Below are positions 47,639-61,643 of a DNA stretch of 64,000 bases, in pieces. The translations under genes were made by a program, and so were the position numbers. Positions within the stretch are counted from its first letter, which is position 1, and each line of letters opens with the position of its first letter. The DNA lies in assembly GCA_043228905.1 (NCBI GenBank), contig JBHGNT010000012.1, positions 1,116,001 to 1,180,000 on the forward strand, read 5' to 3'. The notes beneath the pieces are model-generated. The model was not told where the DNA came from. It did not search any database and saw only the letters and a program-made list of their open reading frames with translations. This DNA is from Azolla caroliniana. Its lineage: Eukaryota; Plantae; Polypodiophyta.

Positions 47639-50428
47639 TGTGGTATTACCATGAATCCTAACCAAGGCCCCACCTAACCAGGGTCACATTGACCACACCC
47701 AAATTAGGCCCCTACCAAGCCCCCATAATTAGAAGAGCTAATTGGAGCGGGAAAACACCCACCACGCTAAGAGTAGCCTATAAGATGTAACTTAGAACAT
47801 AAGGAAAAGGGAGCTATTTTGAGAGCATTTCACATCTTGGTGGAGAAGATGGACAATGCAGCCCCAACTCACGACCCCAAAAACACACGCCACGATGCAA
47901 CACGACAACAACAACGGCAATGCAAACTCCATGAATCCAGAATTCCTACAACAAACTCAAGAACATCAGCCCACATCACCAATCGACCAACTGGTTCAAG
48001 CCCTATCCAACATTATTTTACAAGTTAACCATACTAACCAAGCCATGTTGTCATTCCTCTCAGCACGATCCGAGCCACAATAGAATCTCTCGAACCCTCG
48101 AGTTCGCCCAAAACCATTCTCCAGCCTACCATCGAAAGATGTCCTCTCTTGGCTCGATCAGTTCGAAATGGTGGCCAATTACCACCAGTGGCCACACCCC
48201 AGAAGGCAATGGAAATGAAGACACTCCTCAAGAATATCGCAGCAACATGGCTCGTACAACAACCCGAGGAGACACGCAACGATTGGGATCTGTTACGGGC
48301 AGCCATGATTCGGAATTTTGCTCATCAAGACTCCCGTCAAACGGCCCTACAACAACTCGAGTCAATCGCCCAACAGCCACGCGAACCCATCACCCGGTTC
48401 GCAGTTCGGTTTGTGCAGATCCTACGTCTAGTTGACGCCAACATGTCGGAAGACATAAAGTTGTTTTTCTTCTGGCCGCGTATCCGACACGACCTCCATT
48501 GCGGTGTACGCGATCAATGCCCGAAGACACTACATGAAGCCATCCTCACCGCCCAACGCATCGAAGCTGCAAACGCACACGACCTGCACACACCAGGTAA
48601 TCTTAGTCACTATCATACAAACACTACGCCAGCCGCCACTCCCATGGACATCGACATCCAGAACGCGTAGTTATGTGCCAAGCGTGCATTGCTCGAACGA
48701 GACATCCAGGGACACCCCAAAGGTTTCTACTGCAACAACTATGGCCACATCCAACGTCACTGCCGAAAGTGGCAAAATCAACAACAGAAGAAGAACGTCC
48801 AATTAGCCGATGTTGCCTCCCTTTTTGAGCTCCCGGAAAACTAATGTGCGGGATGCCGTAGGGAGAGCCGCCCCCGCACGTCCACGCCTCCACGTCATCA
48901 ACTTCTCCCGTTTATACCACGATCGAGCCGCCCCCGCACATCCATGCCTCCACGTCATCAACTTCTCCCGTTTATACCACGATCGAACCGCCCCCACACG
49001 TCCATGCCTCCACATCATCAACTTCTCCCATTTGTACCACGATCGCCCACCTGCAGCACATGACCCAAGAAGTTCGCCTCGACTCCAATAGCAACATCTC
49101 TTCCATCAGATCAGATTTAGTCGCCCAATTGCAACTTCCCACGAGCCACGCACCGCCCATTAAAATCCTCTTCAGCGACTAGCAGCGGTTGTACCACTCA
49201 AATACGCAAGTCATGTGCATGTTCAACATCAATTCCGCCCAGATCCAACATCATTTCTACGTCCTCCCACGCCAGACTGGGTTGCGATTGGTTCCTCCAT
49301 AATCGAGCCTGTCTCGATTTCTCCTCACAACAGCTTGTCCTCCCCAATCACCTTCCGATCGCGCTCTTCACTAATCCGCAAGATACTACCCACATCAGCA
49401 ACACACAGTACCTGGCATCACCGACTGAGCACATCCACAACATCCAATGGCTCCTAGCCACCTTTCCCTCGTTGTCTACACCACTTGCAAAGCCTCCCTC
49501 GGTCCGCTTTTCGATCCACCACACGATTCCTACAGGCACCGCCCGCCCCATCAGCGCAGCTCCCCGACGTCGCTCCCCTCTCGACCACAAGCGCATCGAC
49601 AATGTCGTTAAAACTATGCTACAACAGGGGATTATCACACCTTCCAAGAGTGAGTAGATCTTGGAGCCACACATGGTAAAAAAAGGGGACGGCTCTTACC
49701 GTTTTTGTGTCGACTTCCGACAACTGAACCATGTCACCACCCATGACAAATATCCTCTCCCTCGTATTGACGACCTCCTCGACCAGCTCGGAAAATCAAA
49801 GTACTTCTCCTCCCTCGATCTGGCCTCGGGATTTTGGCAAATCCCTATGAATCTTGAAGATGCCCACAAAACTGCATTCCGCACTAGGAAAGGCATTTTT
49901 CAGTTCACACGGATGCCCTTCGGCCTATCCGACACTGGGAGCACATTCCAGCGAATGGCTAACGCCATCTTCGACGATCTCATCACCCGCCACGTCGTCA
50001 TCTTCTATCTAGACGATATTCTCATACATACAGGCACCTGGGCGAAACACCTCCAAGTCCTTCAGGAAGTCCTAACTTGTGTTCGATGGATCTGTCCCTC
50101 CAACACTATATACCTGCTCCGCCGCGCCTCCAACAACCGCTCTACCTTCGCCCACCAGTCTCGCATGAAGCCCTTCTATCAGCTACCACCGCCCACGCCC
50201 ACGCCCACGCCCATGCCATCCCTCTGCCCAAAACCGTCGTCCACGCCCTGCTGCACTCCATCCGCACAGTAACTTTTTTTTACAAGGGGGAACTATGGTA
50301 TTACCACGGATCCTAACCAAGGTCACATTGACCACACCCAAATTAGGCCCCTACCAAGCCCCCATAATTAGAAGAGCTAATTGGAGCAGGAAAACACCCA
50401 CCACGCTAAGAGTAGCCTATAAGATGTA
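47639..50428 (+). mobile_element. H: internally deleted Ty3/gypsy with short LTRs
   Basis: LTRs 47639-47834 and 50294-50428 (interrupted). Short PBS-like TGGTGGAGA (tRNA-Ala-like) at 47838. Gag relic with TPMDID and a knuckle; RT YRFCVDFRQLN...FYLDDIL; PPT AAGGGGGAAC. No RH or INT. Confidence 0.8.
48865..49044 (+). repeat. 60-bp tandem repeat, 3 copies, in H
   Basis: Unit GAGCCGCCCCCGCACGTCCACGCCTCCACGTCATCAACTTCTCCCGTTTATACCACGATC. Confidence 0.9.
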
Positions 50429-51292
50429 TGAATTTCACAATATTTTACATTTAGAGTTTTGTCATTGTAGAAACTTCCAGAGTATGAATTCTAGAAATCT
50501 TTGGACAATTCTAGAAACTTTTCAAACATACATGCACATGTACTACTCAAGAACATGTATAAATATAGTTGTTCATCTTGATCCCAATCAATGCGAACAA
50601 CATCATTCACAGAATCATAAGTACAACTTATTCTTTCTCTCTCAGTATCTTCTCTTGTCTCTATCATGTCTCTTATCTCTCAATATCTTCTTTTGTCTCA
50701 CATTCCTTGTCTCCTTTTTGCTTTGATCTAACTATCTTTAACGCTTATGCTTTGAGCCCTATTCTAGATTGTAGTATTCCTCCTCTACCTTGTATTGAGC
50801 TTGATGGACATTTTGGGCTCCAACATTATGCAGAATAAATTACATTATTTGGTTGATTGGTTAGGTCATACACATGTTGATTGAACATGGAAGCCCACTG
50901 AGAAACTTGCTAAGGCCATAAAACTTGTAACCAAAGTTCTTTATTGATATCAAAATAAGCCAAGTCCTAGTTTGTGAAATATGAGCATGTTTATGTTACC
51001 CATAGGAGTTGTACGGGGAGGTATAAGGGTGGAACACTATAAAGTGATTGTTGTGTATGTGTAATGTGTATGAGTGTGTGAGGATGAGTATGTGTATGAA
51101 CACATGCACATTTGTGTGCATGTGTACAAAAGTGAGAGAGTGGGTAAGTAATGTAACTCCCTAGTTGTCTCATTCCTTATTTGTAATGGTTACCTCTTGT
51201 ACTATATAAACCCCACCCATGGGGCATAATGTAATATAGATTTTTCCCTCTCATTTTGTGTCTCATTGTTTTCTCTTTCCTTCTCTCTCTCC

Positions 51293-51779
51293 ATTGAGTG
51301 TGAAAGTTTCAAAAACTTTTGAAAATAAAAAGAGGGTATTATGATTCAAGTGATGAAGGTTCTAGGCTTGTATCTATGAAAAACATTGAATTTGAACAAG
51401 AAGATAAGAAAATTAGAAAGAAATAAGAGAGTAATGTAATTGCATTAGCAAGAAACACAAGATTGCAATAATATGTTGAAGATTGGCGTTGAATCGAAAT
51501 GGTTCATCAATAACTAGAGTACCTACTTACATAGCACAATTGGACACATGTCTAGCCATTGTGTGAAAGCTTGAAAAAAATTTGAAAAGAAAAATGAGGG
51601 TATTATGATTCAAGCGATCGGGGTTCTAGGCTTGTATCTAAGAAAATCATTGAATTTGAAGAAGAAGATAAGAAAAATAGAAAGAAATAAGAGAGTAATG
51701 TAATTGCATTAGCAAGAAACACAAGATTACAATAATATGTTGAAGCTTGGCGTTGAATTGAAATGGTTCATCAATAACT
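51293..51779. repeat. ~264-bp tandem duplication in an old LTR-like relic; the second copy continues at 58595-58630 after B4
   Basis: GAGGGTATTATGATTCAAG...TCAATAACT occurs twice; AGAGTACCTACTTACATAGCAC resumes after the B4 TSD. Confidence 0.75.
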
Positions 51780-53176
51780 TGTGAACATATATGCACAGAA
51801 GAATATGTGAGGACCTGTTCATCTATGAATAGCAAATGACACAAGTGTGCAACAACGAAGAAACAGTGGATCGACACACAGATGTAGCTTCAATGGAAGT
51901 TCTCTTTTATTCTCTTTTTCTTCTCTCTACAAGACTCAAGAAGATACAAGAGGATTAACTTTACAATGTTAGGGTTGAGCTTATATACTCAAGCCCTAAC
52001 TCCAAGACGTGTTCACACTTGGATACAAAGTGGAAGGAGTTGGCCTTTTATGCCAACAAACTCCCTCGTAAAAGGACTACTCTTTCTACATACAATGGTA
52101 ACTTGGGGTTATCTCCCTCTTAAACCTAGATTACAATTTTAATCTAAAGTTATAATTACAAGTCAGTTGGCATATAGCCAAGTTGACAGAGGTGAAGTTG
52201 GTGTCTAGCTTGATCCAACTAGTCATCAAGGTTGATTTGTCCAAATCAGGCAGGTCTTTGACTTACCTTCTACTCCTTGCACGACGTTCTTCGGCTCGAT
52301 CACTTGTTGTAGTCCTATCTTGGTCCTTAGTGCTTTGAAGCGTTGTTCTAGGAGTGGCTTCTTTAGACAATCGGCGATGTTCACCTCGGTGTTGATCTAC
52401 CGGACTTCAAGCTTCTTCTTGGTTACAAGCTCCCGGATATGATGATACCACACCTCAATGTGTTTCGTCTTCACGTGGTAGACTGGGTTCCGAATGAGGT
52501 GTATTACGTTGTATGAGTCGCAATAGATCGTCCGCGCTAGGTGGTCAATTCGACTTGTTGCTGAGAAATTGGCTGACAATCTATACAACAAGATTACTTC
52601 CTTAGCTGCTTCTGATGCTACTATGTACTTGGCCTCTGTGGTAGATAGGGTTGTGCACTCTTGCAGTTTCAACCTCCATGATATGGCATTGCCGCCATAG
52701 GTGAAGATGTAGCCTAATGTCGACTTCCAATTGTCCTAATTTCCGACATAGTCGGAGTCGGTGTAGCCTCCAACTTCGGTTGAGTTTGCCAATCCGAAAG
52801 TTAGTCGTGCATCTTCAGTCCCTCTTAGGTACCTGAAGATGTGCTTGACACCCTGCCAATATTTCCATCTTGGGTTTGACATGTACCGGTTGACCACCCC
52901 TACAACATAGGCATTATCGAGTCAGGTCGCCACTATCGCGTACATGATATTTCCTACGGCCGATGTGTAGGGTATCTTTCCATTTAGCTATCTCTCCTTA
53001 TCTATAGAAGGAGATTCTTTGTCCGATAGTTGGATCGATGTCAAAAGCGGTGTTGGTGTTGGCTTTGCAACCTCCATGTTGAAGCGCTTTAGCACCTTGC
53101 CAATATAGTCGGATTGGGAGAGTCAGAGAGTTTTTGTTGTCCGATTTCACTCTATCCTCATCCGCACTATGTGTCG

Positions 53177-55280
53177 TGTTACCCGGCCGGCAAAGGAGCA
53201 GAGACCAGAATGTGAAAGGGATGGTTATTCGGAATATATTTAATTAAGTAGATTAGATTATAATTATGTAGTGAACGGACGAACCGGAATCAGTATGCCG
53301 ATCCGGATCCGGACCGATTTCGAACAGGTGCCAGATGGCACCGTTTTGTACGCAGCACTGGTGACCTATATAAAGGCCCGGTTACAATGTATAACTTTAA
53401 TGGAGAATTAATATAAGATTCTTGTTTTATCTTTACGTATTGATTACCGTTCTGAATTAATCGTTATATCTTACGCGTGTATTAAGTGTATGCCTTATTG
53501 CTAAGTAGCTAATTAAGTCGAAGTAATCGTTGTGTCTTAAGTTATCTCGTCGTAACACCCTTTGGTGAAGTGTCTTCCAGAGACACCCTGTGTTAGGCCA
53601 TTGTCCGGCCCCAAGGATTAACACACCTGTACATAGCAATAAGACCCCGGAGACGGAAGCAGTCCCGGAGATAGTAGCGGCGCAAGCAAAAGAGCTTGCT
53701 GAATTAAGAGATGAACTGGCCGCATAGGAAGCATTACGCACCCGAGAGCAGGACTTGAAGAAAGCGGCAGAAGAAAAGCAACGAAAGACTACTGAGAACC
53801 TCCGTCGGGCAGAAGAGAATTTGCGGAAAGGACATCAGGCCTACGACCGGATAAAGGAGGAGAAAGAGAAGGCGTTGCAAGAAAAGGAGAAGTTGCGACG
53901 GATGGTGGAAACAGAGATCGAAAGGCTGAAAGAAGAACTCCATCAGCAAAAGGACCGGGAAGACTGCACTCACCGGCAACTCAACCAAAAGCTGAAGCAG
54001 AAAACCGATGATTTTGAGCACCTGCACCGGGACTACAAGCACCTGGATACGGAGCATAAGAAATAGCATGAGAAGATGGTACAGCTCCAGCAGGAGGTAC
54101 ATCGGGTTGAGACGGCGTTGGCGAAGGAACGGGCTGAAAGAACCACACTGCTGGAGGAAGCCGCGCAAGAACGGATGGAGATGCATAAGTAGCATTATGA
54201 AGAGAAGGAAAGAGTGACGATGATCTTGCAAAGGCTGCAGAACACTTATCAAACCCAACTGTCACATTACCGGGAGCAGGAGGTGGATACTGTGGCACTC
54301 ATGAAGCAGTTGAAGGACGAACGGCAAGCCGCGGAGGACAAATCAAAGATGGGATTGGAGCGGATCCAGTTCATTGTCCAGGCATGGAGGAACAAGACCA
54401 AACGCTTGATTGACGAAAGCTCCACGCAATGGTGGGACAAATGGGCAAAGCACACAGCCGACCTCCAGTTGCTACGGGCAGACGGGGAAAACCGGCAGAA
54501 GGATGGCGACGACTGTTACATGCTAACGAAGAAGGACTTCACCGCCGTCAGAGAGGAGTTAGCCGAAGATTTTATAACTCTGGCGGAGGAACAGGCAGTA
54601 GTGGTCCGGCAACTTGTAGCCCAGCTAGATGATGATCGATTGGATGCTCAAATCCAGTTTGAGAGCTATGAGCGGACCAAGCTACGGAGAGAAGAAGCAA
54701 AGCAGGCGGCGACCGTCAACCTCAGCGATGAGGAGCCATCACCGGAGCAAGGACCGGACGGAGAAAAGGCCGGGACGAGTCAACCAGAGCCAAATCCGGC
54801 GGAGCAGCTAACGGAGGAATCACTGCCACAACCGCCGGTACCGGGAGCCGAACAGACGCCCGCTTAGGAGCAACAGTCGGAGGAGCCGCAGCCACCGCAG
54901 CCACAACAACAACAACAACCGAATTCCGAACAACCATTGGATACCCTGGAGCAGAGTATTCTGGACATCTTGGATGAAGGTTAAGGGCCGGATAGTGGGA
55001 TTCGACGTACAAGGTACTGTCCCACAGGCGTGCCATGTGTTACCCGGCCGGCAAAGGAGGAGAGATTATAATGTTAAAGGGATGGTTATTCGGAATATAT
55101 TTAATTAAGTAGATTATATTATAATTATGTAGTGATCGGACGAACCGGAATCGGTATGCCGATCCGGATCCGAACCGATTCCGAACAGGTGTCTTGAGTT
55201 ATCTCACCGTAACACCCTTTGGTGAAGTGTCTTCCGGAGACACCCTGTGTTAGGCCATTGTCCGGCCCCAAGGATTAACA
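53177..55280 (-). mobile_element. T: 2.1-kb non-autonomous LTR element with a tRNA-Arg-like PBS (Tat/Ogre-like by inference)
   Basis: LTRs 53177-53623 and 55038-55280 (the latter has an internal deletion), TSD TGTCG. Minus-strand TGGCACGCCTGTGGGAC at 55019-55035. Orientation rests on the PBS only. Confidence 0.8.
53626..54984 (+). pseudogene. 5'-truncated coiled-coil ORF (~450 codons) of unknown function in T
   Basis: One frame throughout, interrupted only by four TAG codons (53725, 54064, 54190, 54865), each one C>T from CAG. E/K/R/Q-rich helical sequence with an acidic P/Q-rich tail. Confidence 0.75.
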
Positions 55281-55400
55281 TGTCGGGCTTGTCCGAGTTC
55301 CTTCATCGCAAACCTTTCGTGAAGACTTCGCTTTAGCTTTCCGATTTCGGCTTGATTGCTTCCTACAATCAACATGTCCTCGATATATAGGATCAAATAG

Positions 55401-55779
55401 TGTTGAGCGAGCAAGCTCAACCGGATCCGGATCGGCCAAATAAGCCAGAGCCGGATCAATATCCGGAACGGAGAGCCGGATTGGTGTCCGGATGGTATCC
55501 GAAACCAAGAGCTAGATCGGATTGAAACCGGTAGGCCGTTAAAGGCCTACGGATCTAGCCTAGTACGTAGGCATATTTTTGGGAGTTAGTAACAGTCGCT
55601 CGTATGAGCATTGAAGTACTTGTCAGTCCTTTATGGACTTGTATAAAAGTGCTCTTTGAGCACACTCTATGTACAGAGTGTTATTATTTTTTAATATAGT
55701 TTATGTTCTGCATATTCTCGGTGTAAGGTCTCGATTAAACCTTCTTCTCTACGTTTTGTTGGTATCCGGTTGACTCGGT
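55401..55779 (+). mobile_element. S4: truncated LTR of the B1 copia family
   Basis: TGTTGAGCGAGCAAGCT start and internal blocks (GTCAGTCCTTTATGGACTTGTATAAA) are shared with 14767-15100. Confidence 0.8.
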
Positions 55780-57135
55780 TTGTCTTCCAGTCATCTCCTG
55801 GTCGGATCCGTACGAGGTTATATGCTCCTCGTAAGTCGATCTTTGTGAAGAACCTTGCACCATTGATCCGTTCTAAAATACTTGAGATAAGGGGAAGTGC
55901 ATACCTATTCCTAATGGTGACCTTATTCAAGCCGCGATAGTCTACGATGAGACGAAGTGATCCATCCTTTTCCTTGACAAAGAAAATGGGTGAGCCAGCT
56001 GGAGATTTCGAATGTCGAATGAAATTTTTTGCCAAATTCTCCTCTATATAGGCTCGAAGGACTTCTAGCTCAATTGGTGACAAATTGTAGATCGGTCCCC
56101 ATGGTGGCTCTTTTCCCGGTTGTAAATCGATGGGGCAATCATACAGTTGGTGATGAGGAAGTGCATTGGCTTGTACCTTATCGAACACATCAGCATACTG
56201 ACGATACTTCTCTAGAAGTTGAACTGTGGATTCCTCTTTAGTAGTGTCGGAAGGTTTTACTGATACCGCGAAGACAAACATTGCTTCCTTACGTCCTTCC
56301 TCATGCAATTGATGTAGCGAAATGGTTGTAATCTTATGAGTAGATCCTCGGATTTGTTGATACCGGATTTCTCTTGTTCTCCGATCTATGTCTGGGTTAT
56401 GTAATTCAAACCAAGGTAACCCCAAGATAATTGGATGATCTGGACTACTAATTATATTAAATGATACTACACACACCAAGTTATCTAGGACAACTTGAAT
56501 CGGCTCTGACTCCTCTATGATTTTTCCGGAAACAATGGGACGACCATCAATAACTACTACAAATGCTAGGCATGAAAGTTTTCTTGGGGATATCTTATGA
56601 GCTTGGGCAAAATTTCTATCCATGAAGCAAGAGTTGGCTCCGTAATCTAAGAGTCCTAAGACATGTACTGGAGGAGTACTTTTAGTACTAAGTTCCATTA
56701 CTTGAGCTAAGAACACATTGCTAACTTGCTTAGAGGAAATGGAACCACTAATGGTCTGCACATGTCTAGGGTTGTCCAACCAAACGGCTCCTATTTTGGT
56801 TGGACATAATTGTTTAACTCTTCTTCTAGTTGACTAAGGATTTCAAATTTGTTTGAAAGGCTTGGGTTATTTGTGAGGAATAGCACTCGGCCACAACCGA
56901 GCCTCTAACACTTAATGGAAGATTAAAAAATAGAAAATGGAGATTTGTGAACTTCTACACTCAGCAAAGAGGACACGGTATGTTTACGTGGAAAACCCTA
57001 AGCGGGAAAAACCACGGGATCCCACAAGCTCCAACTATCACTATGTAAGGAAGGAGGTACAACAGGAGACTCAGAGGCAACGACCTCGAGCTCTATATCT
57101 TCGCCAACCGGCGGTTACAATAGAAACTAGTTATG

Positions 57136-57182
<47 letters not shown>

Positions 57183-58318
57183 GACGATGATACAACTAAC
57201 CACACACAAACAAAGTGGTTGCCTTAAGTCATATTTATACTTATATGAATTTTTGGGCTATTTACAATTATAACCTCAATAGGCTCATCACGAAACATAT
57301 TTACAAATATGTCCTTGGATCCGGTTCGCACCAGATACATCCAAATTCACCCGGTCCGGTTTCTGGGTCTCACAGAATCCCTTCCGGATCCGGTTCCTTC
57401 ATCCGGTTCACCTAATCTGATCCTCATCCAGGTCCCATCCAGAGGGACCGAAATCCCAACACTATTAGGACTATCGAACACACATAGGGAAATAGACTCT
57501 GGTTTAGAACTATTAGTACTAGCGGTTATTTGATTTACCTGCCTTCTTGGCCGATGGGGACAGTTCACTACAATATGCCCCGGTCCACCGCAATAAAGAC
57601 ATAATCGATTTGCCCGACGTCGTTGCTTTTCTTCTTCCAATAGTGGTTCGTGACGACGTGTTGTGTTGATTTCCATTGGAGTCGGAGTATTTGTTGGTGA
57701 TGTATTAAATGACTCCCTTGGGAAAGACTTTGCTACAACTTAAGCATAGGTGGGCTCTGATCTTGCCCTCGGCATTTGAAGTTGATGTTCTAAACGTCGT
57801 TCGAAGAGGCGGTAACTATCGTATCGTACTGAGTGACTGATTGCTTTTGTCAATGATGTTGGTTCTTCGGGGAAGGTCAGGAGTAAATCCTTGACATCGT
57901 TACATAGGGCATAACGAAATTGCTCCATTAATGCTTGGTCATCCCAGGGGATATCGGAGGCGAGTAGACAAAAATCTGCAACGTATGCTGAGGTTGAACG
58001 GTCACCTTGACGTAATCGTCTGATTTTGTTGATTGTTGTCCTTATGTTATCAGTATCTCCAAAACAGGCTTTAAACTCACTTATAAACTCTTCAAAATTG
58101 TTTAGTAATGGAGATTCATTTTCTAACAACGGAGCGAACCATGCCAAAGCTGAGCCACTTAACAATGTGCCTACTAGACCCACTCGTGCATCAGTGGGAT
58201 ATCGGGAAGGATGCATTAGAATGACTAATCGTACTTGATTAAGGAATCCTCAAAATTGTGATCATGTTCCATTGAATTTCATAGGAAGGCTGATATTGGG
58301 TTCTTTATGAATCCCTTG
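55780..58318 (-). mobile_element. C3: internal fragment (gag-PR-RT start) of a Tcn1-like chromovirus
   Basis: ORFs 57740-58216, 57347-57676 and 55691-56779 are homologous to C1 and C2; both ends deleted. Confidence 0.88.
56872..57461 (-). mobile_element. S5: solo LTR (590 bp), copia-like
   Basis: TG...CA ends, TSD TTATT/CTATT. Carries the reverse complement of the CCCGTGGTTTTTCCC...GGGTTTTCCACGT motif found in the B2 LTR. Confidence 0.82.
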
Positions 58319-60061
58319 CGTGACGAATAGCACGGAAGAATATGTGAGAACATGTTAATCTATGAACAGCAAACGACACAGATGTGCAACAACGAAGAAA
58401 CAGTGCATCGACACACAGATGTAACTTCAATGGAAGTTCTCTCTTTTTCTCTTTTTCTGTAACACTCTCTCTACAAGACTCAAGAAGATACAAGTGGATT
58501 GAAGTTACAATGTTAGGGTTGAGCTTATATACTCAAGACGTGTTCACACTAGGATAAAAAGTGGAAGGAGTCGGCCTTTTATGCCAACATAACTAGAGTA
58601 CCTACTTACATAGCACGGTTGGACACATGCATGATGGCCACATCGCATCTATGAATGTTTATCACTTAGAATTCATGCAAGGATGCCATTTGATGACCAT
58701 ACATTAGCCTCTCTGAGGAACATTTTATAATATTAAGTTCATAACATAGATTGTTTATAATATTTTTAATATTATGTATAAAAAGATAATCTTTTGCTTA
58801 AAACTTCGATATATACAATAGAAGGTCATAAGTTCAAGTTCCTTTATGACCTTTTTGTAACGATTACGGTATTTATGTAGATACTCAAGGTATTTGTATA
58901 GGTGCTCATGACATATTTTTGTAACGTTGTTCTTGTCAATACATTTACATTCTGTCTTATTTCCGTCTTCATTGCGTATTATCTTATTTGATCTTGTTTT
59001 TTATTACGGTCCTCGCATTATTCTCTTATTTCCCGCCTATTATTCTCTTCTTCAACTTGATCTTGTTCTCAACTATAGCCTTAATATTGATGATCATTTG
59101 CCCCCTCCCCCTCCAATGTAAAATCTCCACCAATAATCGTAAGTTCATGTAGAAGAATAGATAAACAAGTAAATAGAAAATCAAACAAGTCAACATACTC
59201 TTCCCCATGGATCCTACATTAACAATAATTCCTTGAATAGGAGAAAACTCCCACGATAGAATAAATTCATCGTTACTTTTCCCCTAAGAACACTCTTATA
59301 ATTGCTTGGGTGTTTTTTTGCTTTGCTTAGGGTTTGTTTATTCATCATGCATGGGTGTTAAGCTAAAGCATCTACCATCTTTTTGTCATTTTGGACATTG
59401 CCAAAACAATTTTACACCTTTTTTATTTGACTAAAACTCTAACCTACAATTGTTGATTCAACAATCATATATTTTATGCAACTGAGGTTTCAATTTGTGT
59501 GCCATTGGTAAAACAACATCCACTCCTATCATATAAGTGTATATTAGTTTTCCCTTATGATACAAAATCTTTCTACCAGACGATGCTTCGCATGACTTCA
59601 GATAATTTGTTTACCACAATTGAATTGCATTTCCAATTATCCCAAAAGAATCATTGTTTGCTTTATCATAGGTTATTCCTCCAGTCTTTATCCCTTTTGT
59701 ATTTTGAGTGTTTTGTCTCCACCCAATAGCATCATTCCTTCCCTTGTCATGCTCATTTCCCTTATCACCCATATCATGATTTCTTTTCACCAACATCAAT
59801 TTTAGTTCCGCCCTTTCATTGTCCTCATTATCCTCATTTCCCGTATCACCCAAGTATCATCATTTACATCACTCACACTGTAATCAACTCATAGGTCCCA
59901 TAGATCAAAATTGGCCTCGTTATGGACAATAAAAATTCTAATTCTAATTCATAGATCTTCGGTAGAGGGGAAGTAGGGGGAGGGCCCGAAATTTGTTATA
60001 CCCATGCCATTCCTAATGGTAGTTGGTAGTACTAGTAGGAGTAGAGTTATATCCCTCTTTG

Positions 60062-60092
<31 letters not shown>

Positions 60093-61569
60093 TCTTTCCT
60101 CAGTGGAGTGTTCATCTTGCCTATTGGCAATTCAACATGTTCCATTACCCACGTAGTGTAGTTAGAGGGTGACCATAATCCATTGTGACACCCATTGTAA
60201 GTAGTGTTTTTCACACACTTTTATTAATATAATTGTTTGTTTTCAACACACACACACAGACAGAATGACGATTGAAAATGTTTTGTGTGTTTTGAGGGGG
60301 TGATTGCACACACAAACGAAAAAACAAATTCCAATCTTATAAAGGTTGGTAGAAAAAGTGTGTTTCTTCTTCATAAAATGGTTATGGTGGGCTAGTAGGA
60401 GATTGATGTAGATAGGACATATTTAAGGATTAGTGTGAACACTACAAACCCAATTACATATACATATGACAAACTTGAGGCAAAAATGGGATTGATCGAT
60501 TTTGGAGTGAAAGAAAACTCTTGTACATTGATTGTATTTTGATTACGAATAGCAAACCAACATTTCTAGCATTGTTGGTTGAATATGTGTTGTCATCTAT
60601 TTATCTTCAATTGTCATATCATTGGCTTTATCTTGCTAGTTTGTGTCTTCTTTTATGTTATCATGTTGTAGAGTCTGGTGTGATTAGGTCAAACTTTTGG
60701 CTGACAAATCAAATGCACAATAAATATATCCCACAAGAGTTGATTGAAACCTTAATACTTTGTGTGTCGTTTGTAGTTCTTCCTCGAGAACACACATAAG
60801 GCTTGAATGAAATGTACATAACAAAAATTAATTATGTGCACTCCTTGTTTGTGTGATCCTTAGGGAGCACATGCTTAGGACTATGTCTAATTTTGTGCGT
60901 CAGTTGGATCTCTTCAAAGGGAATCACAAATAACAAATCTCATTTTAATGTGTAACGAGGTGTGTCAAGACAACCTCTTTCTTGGGGTGAGAACATTAAA
61001 ATTGAGAGATAGAATGGCAACTAATTTCCATTGGGCAAAAAGTATATTTTAGAACGTTTACTACAATGGGGAATAATGTATATCACCTCGCATTTCATTT
61101 ATTTATTGTGATAGTAACTTATAGCACATCCACAATAGACAACCATGTACACTATCTATGATTCTTCCTAGGATATATACAAACAAGTAATGTCTTTTTG
61201 CAACCTTAATAATGTATCACACTGCACTAGAATAATAGTTATTAATGTGTGTAATTTCGTAACTCTTCCTTGGTGCACTTCAATACTATCTCAATGCACA
61301 TACAAGTTGTTGGCACTAAACTAATAATGCGTGCCACTTACTAACTCTTCCTGGGGGTACATAATTAATTACTATGTCTCTATGCTTGCCATCCAAGCAA
61401 TAAGTACTAATAAAAAAGTACAACTTTCCTATGGCAAAAGGTAAAGCTTTTCATATGATGAAAATGTTTGTAATAGGAGTAGGCAATAAGCATAATGTTG
61501 GTATGAAAAGCTAAAGCCCAAAGGACCATAACTAAACACACTGAGCTTGATCAAAAAGAAAAAAAACAC

Positions 61570-61576
61570 TATAAAA
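61570..61576 (+). promoter_or_regulatory. Candidate TATA box of the dirigent gene
   Basis: TATAAAA ~75 bp upstream of an AAAATGG start context. Confidence 0.45.
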
Positions 61577-61643
61577 AGAAACCAAAGTTAATGTAGAGGC
61601 ATAAGGTAAAACGGAGAGGTACGAGACCAGAAACTTGGTGAAA

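Larger units (their letters stand above)
51780..58589 (-). mobile_element. B4: decayed Ty1/copia carrying T, S4, C3 and S5
   Basis: LTRs 51780-52058 and ~58327-58589, TSD TAACT, PPT at 52059-52067. RT-RH relics LYIEDML, MKELGQARH, LSTTEAKY and KTKHIEV. Confidence 0.85.

Noticed and set aside
50425-51292. Additional LTR-like relics with TATA boxes (~50558, ~51203)
   Set aside because: Termini and TSDs could not be established.
58820-58913. A sixth tRNA-like module (AAGGTCATAAGTTCAAGTTCC) in a possible relic LTR ending CATGACA
   Set aside because: B-box-like only, with no convincing A box and no TSD.
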